NCBI RefSeq assembly: GCF_964355755.1
Contig: NC_092674.1
Coordinates: 7,564,001 to 7,628,000 of the forward strand
Reading direction: 5' to 3'
Source of the DNA: Antedon mediterranea
Taxonomy: Eukaryota > Animalia > Echinodermata
DNA length: 64,000 nt
Position numbers and translations under genes: made by a program. Below are positions 63,101 through 64,000 of this stretch, piece by piece. The notes below the pieces were generated by a model. It was not told where the DNA came from. It did no database searches and saw only the letters and a list, made by a program, of their open reading frames with translations. Every line of letters begins with the position of its first letter. Position 1 is the first letter of the stretch.

Positions 63101-63844
63101 AAGAGGGTCATACGCAATTGCCTCCGGAGTGACAATTTCCCCTAGATTTAACCCAGTATATTCAAACGGTTCATTTCCTCTCATTTGAAATATGGCGTGC
63201 TTTTCCTGGTCTGCTATCAAGTAGAAGTTATCTGCCATTATCGGTAGTGCTAAAATTGAAAAGTAGTAAAATACATGTTAGACTTAAAAAACATTAAACT
63301 ATCATACTATTTGAGCAAGACTCTTCCGTGGTTTGAGTTTGCCGTATATATATTTCAAAAAGACGAAGCCGTCGTAAGTTTACGTTATGTTTATATCGTC
63401 GAGTTGCGAGCGGTCAAGGCAGGAGCGCCGCAAAGCATAGCCCCAATATCGGCACAGCGTCAACTTCGATCACAAGTCTTTCTGGATAAGGACATATCTG
63501 ATATATGCAAATTGTCAGCACTCGACGCGAAGTACCCGTATGGAAGGTGAAAGTTGCTGTGTTAATCTAGTTCATTGCGATTTGTGACAATTACCGTATA
63601 AACGCAATATAAATATGCATAAATTATCCATGTTTTGATGAACTTTTACCAATTATTTTCAAAAGAAATGTATATTTATTGTACAAATTAAGTAGCATTG
63701 ACTTTTTAATCATACCAGAAACACATTGTCTGTAATCGTTGCTATCGAGTTTAAATCCATCTGAGCATGCGCACGACGTATCATTGAAGGATGAGGTCAG
63801 ACAAATGTGTGGACATCCGCCATTGTTGCTCAGATCACATATAT
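57162..63844 (-). CDS. LRP/LDLR-like type I membrane protein (EGF-YWTD propeller-EGF-sushi-Kunitz-TM-tyrosine-repeat tail), 5'-partial
   Basis: Phase-consistent exons: 63716-63844 (EGF), 63004-63249, 62474-62636, 62188-62318, 61509-61769 (YWID/FWTD/FWSV/YWCD/VWSD repeats), 61194-61337 (EGF), 60396-60572 (sushi-like), 59776-59946 (Kunitz, 6 Cys, GNENNF), 59445-59516 (S/T stalk), 58874-59012 (TM), 57162-58062 (cytoplasmic tail). The start lies beyond the window. Confidence 0.88.
58400..58790. repeat. GTT/GGT-rich low-complexity repeat (intronic)
   Basis: ggtattgctgttggttgttgtggt ~24-27-bp units. Confidence 0.9.
60665..60973 (-). mobile_element. Full-length tRNA-derived SINE with L2/CR1-like tail
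   Basis: A box tggcgcagtgtg, B box ggttcgaatcc, core ggcaagatacttta..ctctccacccaggtgtataaatgggtacc, tail tgtaaagcgcctttgag..ggcgctatataaatg(tat)n; a fragment of the core is at ~13300-13345. Confidence 0.85.
61879..62175 (-). mobile_element. tRNA-derived SINE, same core, different (RTE-like) tail
   Basis: tRNA-like head (gcgcagtgattagagc..cttgcaatc..ggttcaagcccc), core gagcaagatt..ccacccaggtgatagaaatgggtacc, tail actttaccttacc. Confidence 0.8.
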
Positions 63845-64000
63845 CTGCAACGGATCAAACAAACATATAATAATGCTTTTTATACATTTAGTATTAAAAA
63901 TGGATTTGTCAGTAGGACTATTGGTATTGATCTATAGTTTCTTGCTTTTCTATAAACCTATATTTATTAATATACAATCCTTGTTGTGTATAATGTATAT

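Overview
AT-rich eukaryotic (invertebrate animal) genomic DNA with GT-AG introns. The gene content and repeats suggest a marine invertebrate deuterostome such as an echinoderm; this is an inference. The first ~29 kb has no supportable host gene and is mostly transposon debris: a Helentron-type non-autonomous element, a 5'-truncated Tx1/L1 LINE with a target-site duplication (TSD), an internally deleted 3.7-kb CACTG/EnSpm element carrying a spliced SAM-domain gene, many Harbinger-type MITEs, SINEs and minisatellites. The right half holds five genes reconstructed by hand. These are an intronless histamine H2-receptor-like GPCR (-), two tandem 8-exon P4HTM-like EF-hand prolyl 4-hydroxylases (-; one ends in KDEL, the other does not), cyclin C (+, head-to-head with the second hydroxylase), and the 3' part of an LRP-like receptor (-). 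That receptor has an EGF-YWTD-EGF-sushi-Kunitz-TM architecture and a long cytoplasmic tail of repeated tyrosine motifs. Two tandem arrays (15.7-16.8 kb and 52.9-54.4 kb) appear to be built from MITE terminal sequence. No rRNA, true tRNA or CRISPR array is supported. All calls come from reading the sequence and recalled family motifs; no database search was run.
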